Positions 52,049-55,528 of a stretch of DNA of 55,528 nt are shown here, piece by piece. Numbering within the stretch: position 1 is the stretch's first letter; every line of letters begins with the position of its first letter. The position numbers were made by a program, and so were the translations under genes. The DNA comes from Candidatus Methylomirabilota bacterium (GTDB lineage Bacteria > Methylomirabilota > Methylomirabilia > Rokubacteriales > CSP1-6): the NCBI GenBank assembly GCA_035312605.1, contig DATGBR010000168.1:1-55528 (forward strand), read 5' to 3'. The notes beneath the pieces are model-generated. The model saw only the letters and a list, made by a program, of their open reading frames with translations, had not been told where the DNA came from and did no database searches.

Positions 52049-52885
52049 ATGCACCTCGGCCTCTTCAGCTACAACGTGGAGTACGGCGCGCGGCCGGACG
52101 AGCTCGCCCGCGCCGCGGAGGAGCGGGGCTTCGAGTCCTTCTGGGTGGGCGAGCACACCCACATCCCGGCCAGCCGCCTCACCCCGTACCCGGGCGGCGA
52201 GCCCCTGCCCAAGCCGTACTACCACATGGCCGATCCGTTCGTCTCCCTGATGGCGGCCGCCGCGGCGACCCGCACCATCAGGCTCGGCACCGGCATCTGC
52301 CTGGTGGTGGAGCACGACCCCATCGTGCTCGCCAAGAGCGTGGCCACCCTCGACTGGCTCTCGAACGGGCGCGTGCTCTTCGGCATCGGCGGCGGCTGGA
52401 ACCGCGAGGAGATGGCGGATCACGGCACCCCGTTCGACCGGCGCTGGCAGGTGCTCCGCGAGCGGGTGCTGGCCATGAAGGCGCTCTGGACCCAGGACGA
52501 GACGTCGTTCCACGGCGAGTTCGTCAACTTCGACCGCGCGATCTCGTTCCCGAAGCCGGTGCAGCGGCCGCACCCGCCGATTCTCTTCGGAGGCGCCACC
52601 GCCCAGGGCCGCGCCCGCGTGGTCGAGTACTGCGACGGGTGGATTCCCATCGACGTCCTGCTCGACGACCTCCCGACCGCCATCGCGGATCTGCGCCAGA
52701 AGGCGGAGGCCGCCGGCCGCGGACTCGACACGCTCTCCGTCTCCGTCTTCGCGTTCCAGCCGCCCAGGCCCGACGCGCTCGCCCGCCTGCGAGACCTGGG
52801 GGTCGAGCGCGTCATCATGGTGGCCCCAAGGCGCCTCGCCGACGCCCTGCCCTTCCTCGACCGCATGGCGAGCCTCAACCGGTAG
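52049..52885 (+). CDS. LLM class F420/flavin-dependent oxidoreductase
   Basis: In-frame ATG 52049. GFESFWVGEHTHIP, IRLGTGICLVVEHDP, LFGIGGGW and PPILFGG. 278 aa. Confidence 0.85.
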   Translation: MHLGLFSYNVEYGARPDELARAAEERGFESFWVGEHTHIPASRLTPYPGGEPLPKPYYHMADPFVSLMAAAAATRTIRLGTGICLVVEHDPIVLAKSVATLDWLSNGRVLFGIGGGWNREEMADHGTPFDRRWQVLRERVLAMKALWTQDETSFHGEFVNFDRAISFPKPVQRPHPPILFGGATAQGRARVVEYCDGWIPIDVLLDDLPTAIADLRQKAEAAGRGLDTLSVSVFAFQPPRPDALARLRDLGVERVIMVAPRRLADALPFLDRMASLNR

Positions 52886-52888
52886 CCC

Positions 52889-54184
52889 GTGCACACCCTC
52901 GTGTTTCTCGATCCCGGCCACTTCCACGCCGCGCTCACGCTCGGCGACCGACATCCGCAGATCCGGGACGATCTCGTGGTCCACGCGCCGAAGGGCCCCG
53001 AGCTGGACGACTTCCTCGGCCTGGTCGACGCGTTCAACCGGCGCCGCGAGCGCCCCACCGCCTGGCGCGTGGATGTCCACGCCGGCGAGGGGTCGCTCGA
53101 GCGCCTGGTGGCCGAGAGGCCCGGCGACGTGGTGGTGCTCGCCGGCCGGAACGACCGCAAGCTCGCGACGATCCGCCGGCTGCACGACGCCGGCTTTCAC
53201 GTGCTTGCCGACAAGCCCTGGATGGCCGGCCCGGACGGGCTCGACGATCTCCGCCGCGTGCTCGCGGCCGGACCGCTCGCGGTCGAGATGATGACCGGGC
53301 GCCACGAGATCACCGCGATCCTCGCCGCCCGGCTCGCGGGAGACGAGCCGGTGTTCGGCCGCTTCGCGGACGGCGGTGCCGACGAGCCGGGCATCGAGAT
53401 CACCAGCGTCCACCACCTGGAGAAGACGGTCAACGGCCGCCCCCTCCGGCGTCCGCCCTGGTACTTCGACGTCCGCGTCCAGGGCGACGGGATCGCCGAC
53501 ATCCCGACCCACATGGTGGATCAGGCCCAGCGCCTCGTGCGCGCCGCCTCCCCGGGCCCGGCGGACGATGCGCTCGCGCTCGAGCTGCTCGACGCCCGCA
53601 CCTCGAGCACGCCGGTGCCGCGGGCACTCTTTGCGCGTGTGACCGGCGTGGCCGAGTTCCCGCCCGAGCTCGCCTCCGTGGTCAGCGGGGCGGAGCTGGC
53701 CTATCGCGGCAACGCGCAGCTCTCGTTCCGCGCCGGGCCGGTCCGGGTGGCCCTCGACACGCGCTGGGAGCTGTCCACCCCGCCCGGCGGGGGCGACGCC
53801 CACCGGTCGATGATCCGCGGCACGCGCAGCGTGATCCGCGTCGAGCAGGGGCCGGCCACCGGGTTCCGCCGTCACCTCTCGGTCGAGCCGCGCGGCGAGC
53901 CGGGCCCCGTGCAGGCCGCGCTCGAGCGTGCGCTCGCCGCGTGGTCGGACGCGCATCCCGGCCTCTCGCTCGCGCCCGCCGCCCGCGGGTGGGAGGTCCG
54001 CGTGCCGCCTGCGCTCGACACGGGCCACGAGCGACACTTCCCGCTCGTGCTGGCCGAGCTCCTGGCCCTGGTCGCAGAGGGCGGCCGACCCGCGCGCCTC
54101 GCCGCGGACACCCTCGCCAAGTACACGCTGCTCGCGCAGGCCTCCAACCTGGCCCGGCGTCGCGACGGTGCCGCGCGGCCATGA
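52889..54184 (+). CDS. putative oxidoreductase (Gfo/Idh/MocA-like N-terminal domain with an 'oxidoreductase C-terminal' type domain); function tentative
   Basis: 431 aa, GTG start 4 nt after the LLM stop. The N-terminal FLDPGHFHAAL motif recalls an uncharacterised putative oxidoreductase family. The family assignment is from memory only. Confidence 0.55.
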   Translation: MHTLVFLDPGHFHAALTLGDRHPQIRDDLVVHAPKGPELDDFLGLVDAFNRRRERPTAWRVDVHAGEGSLERLVAERPGDVVVLAGRNDRKLATIRRLHDAGFHVLADKPWMAGPDGLDDLRRVLAAGPLAVEMMTGRHEITAILAARLAGDEPVFGRFADGGADEPGIEITSVHHLEKTVNGRPLRRPPWYFDVRVQGDGIADIPTHMVDQAQRLVRAASPGPADDALALELLDARTSSTPVPRALFARVTGVAEFPPELASVVSGAELAYRGNAQLSFRAGPVRVALDTRWELSTPPGGGDAHRSMIRGTRSVIRVEQGPATGFRRHLSVEPRGEPGPVQAALERALAAWSDAHPGLSLAPAARGWEVRVPPALDTGHERHFPLVLAELLALVAEGGRPARLAADTLAKYTLLAQASNLARRRDGAARP

Positions 54185-54993
54185 CCGCCGACGCGGACCG
54201 CATCGCGCAGTACTGGGGGCGCGAGCACCTCGCCGAAGCGATCCTCACCGCGCTGACCGCGCGCGGGGTGAGCCTCGACGCCCTCACGGTGGACGCGCTT
54301 GCCCCGGTCGACCAGTTCCACGGCGGCGGCAAGCCGGTCACCGGTCGCCTCGCGCGCCTCGCCGCGATCCGGCCCGGAACCCGCGTCCTCGACGTGGGCG
54401 GCGGCTTCGGCGGCCCCGCCCGCACGCTCGCGGTCGAGTTCGGCTGCCACGTCACCGGGATCGATCTGACCGATTCCTACGTGCGGGCCGCGAAGGTCCT
54501 GACCGCGCGGATGGGGCTCGACGCCCGGGTCACCCACCAGGTCGGCGACGCGCTCGCCCTCCCCTTCCCCGACGGCGCGTTCGATCTGGTGTGGACGCAG
54601 AACAGCGGCATGAACATCGCCGACAAGGAGCGCCTGTACGCGGGATTCCATCGCGTCTTGCGGCCGGGCGGGCGGCTGGCCGTGCAGGAGCCGATGGCCG
54701 GGCCGGTGCAGCCGGTCGTCTACCCCGTGATGTGGGCGCGCGATCCATCGACGAGCTTCCTCCGCACGCCGGACGCGATGCGCGCGGTGATCGAGGCCGC
54801 CGGTTTCCGGGCGCGCGCGTGGGAGGACATGACCGGCGAGACCACCGGGCCGGCCACCGGGGCCGCGGTGCCCGCCCACAGCATCCAGCGCCTGGTGATG
54901 GGCGACGCGATCGACGCGATCATCGCGGCGGGTCACCGCAACCGCTCCGAGGGCCGCGTCGTGTCGATCCAGGCCGTCTTCGAGCGCCCGTGA
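54181..54993 (+). CDS. class I SAM-dependent methyltransferase
   Basis: ATG 54181 overlaps the upstream stop (ATGA). VLDVGGGFGGPA motif I and FDLVWTQNS. 270 aa. Confidence 0.85.
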   Translation: MTADADRIAQYWGREHLAEAILTALTARGVSLDALTVDALAPVDQFHGGGKPVTGRLARLAAIRPGTRVLDVGGGFGGPARTLAVEFGCHVTGIDLTDSYVRAAKVLTARMGLDARVTHQVGDALALPFPDGAFDLVWTQNSGMNIADKERLYAGFHRVLRPGGRLAVQEPMAGPVQPVVYPVMWARDPSTSFLRTPDAMRAVIEAAGFRARAWEDMTGETTGPATGAAVPAHSIQRLVMGDAIDAIIAAGHRNRSEGRVVSIQAVFERP

Positions 54994-55036
54994 GCGCCCT
55001 CGACAACGCGCGGCGCGCTGGCTAGGATACCGACCC

Positions 55037-55528
55037 ATGAGCGACGCCCTGACCGGCCAGACCGTGGAGCTGCTGCAGCAGATGATCCGCAACCAGTGCG
55101 TGAACGACGGCACCGTGCAGTCCGGCCAGGAAGTCCGCACCAGCGATCTCCTGCGCACCTACCTCGGGGGCAGTGGCCTCGACGTCGAGGTCTACGAGCC
55201 GGTGGCGGCCCCGGGTCGTACGAGCCTGGTCGCCCGCATCGAGGGCAACGATCCGGAGGCGCCCACGCTGTGCCTGATGGGCCACACCGACGTGGTGCCG
55301 GTGACACCCAAGAACTGGACGCGCGATCCCTTCGGGGGCGAGCTGGTGAACGGCGAGGTCTGGGGGCGCGGCGCGCTCGACATGCTGAACATCACCGCCT
55401 CCCAGGCGGTGGCCTTCAAGACCCTGGCGCGCCGCGGCTGGCGGCCGCGGGGCACGCTGGTCTACCTGGCCTGCGCGGACGAGGAGGCCGGGGGCACCCT
55501 CGGGGCCGGGCACGTGTGCGCGCAGCAC
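55037..55528 (+). CDS. M20 family metallopeptidase (ArgE/DapE/CPG2-like), partial at window edge
   Basis: Not in the track (no stop in the window). From ATG 55037 it reads MSDALTGQTVELLQQMIRNQCVN...LCLMGHTDVVPV...GRGALDM...ADEEAGG, the typical M20 metal-binding motifs. Confidence 0.8.
   Translation, partial: MSDALTGQTVELLQQMIRNQCVNDGTVQSGQEVRTSDLLRTYLGGSGLDVEVYEPVAAPGRTSLVARIEGNDPEAPTLCLMGHTDVVPVTPKNWTRDPFGGELVNGEVWGRGALDMLNITASQAVAFKTLARRGWRPRGTLVYLACADEEAGGTLGAGHVCAQH

Overview
This is a 55.5-kb, very GC-rich bacterial chromosomal segment (third codon positions are almost all G/C). It is densely coding: about 51 intact CDS and 2 gene remnants. I saw no rRNA, tRNA, CRISPR array, transposase or integrase. 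Many long ORFs in the track are Arg/Ala/Gly/Pro-rich alternative-frame artefacts of high GC. I called only the frame carrying recognisable protein motifs and trimmed starts to the first start codon with a plausible SD or promoter.

Content by region:
- 1-2.4 kb: a DUF1501/DUF1800 gene pair.
- 2.5-24.3 kb: a carbon-storage and lipid block. It holds a lipase-like hydrolase, WS/DGAT and a phasin; a GNAT plus a CYP102 (P450 BM3-like) fusion; a type-B carboxylesterase; an SDR plus two acyl-CoA ligases; and a second, paralogous phasin. It also holds a TetR-controlled operon (crotonase, SDR, SCP2, phaC, phaE-like, phaJ) followed by phaR, with a tandem-PilZ gene abutting its promoter.
- 24.4-26.3 kb: an LLM oxidoreductase and sppA.
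- 26.3-32.4 kb: a signalling operon of FecR-domain protein, double hotdog and NtrC-type activator. It is followed by a perfect sigma-54 promoter driving a stand-alone Fis-type HTH paralog and a hybrid histidine kinase.
- 32.6-38.6 kb: a degraded crotonase, CoA pyrophosphatase, hydratase, sirtuin, a Lys/Arg-tailed small protein and a TRAP transporter.
- 38.8-44.2 kb: an anchored repeat protein and a second perfect sigma-54 promoter driving a GGDEF-EAL protein and a hybrid kinase.
- 44.2-55.5 kb: fumC, MBL+P450, a GlcG remnant, mgtE, methyltransferases, a crotonase, a 2-hydroxyacid dehydrogenase, an LLM oxidoreductase, an unusual oxidoreductase and an M20 peptidase.

No canonical defence or mobile system is evident. 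The most interesting signals are:
- the sigma-54 circuit with a DNA-binding-domain-only paralog of its own activator;
- the PHA operon built like a split peroxisomal MFE-2 around a two-subunit synthase;
- paralogous phasins, one attached to a wax-ester/TAG module;
- c-di-GMP components (PilZ, GGDEF-EAL) placed next to these modules.

All functional calls rest on motif recognition by eye and need HMM or BLAST confirmation.
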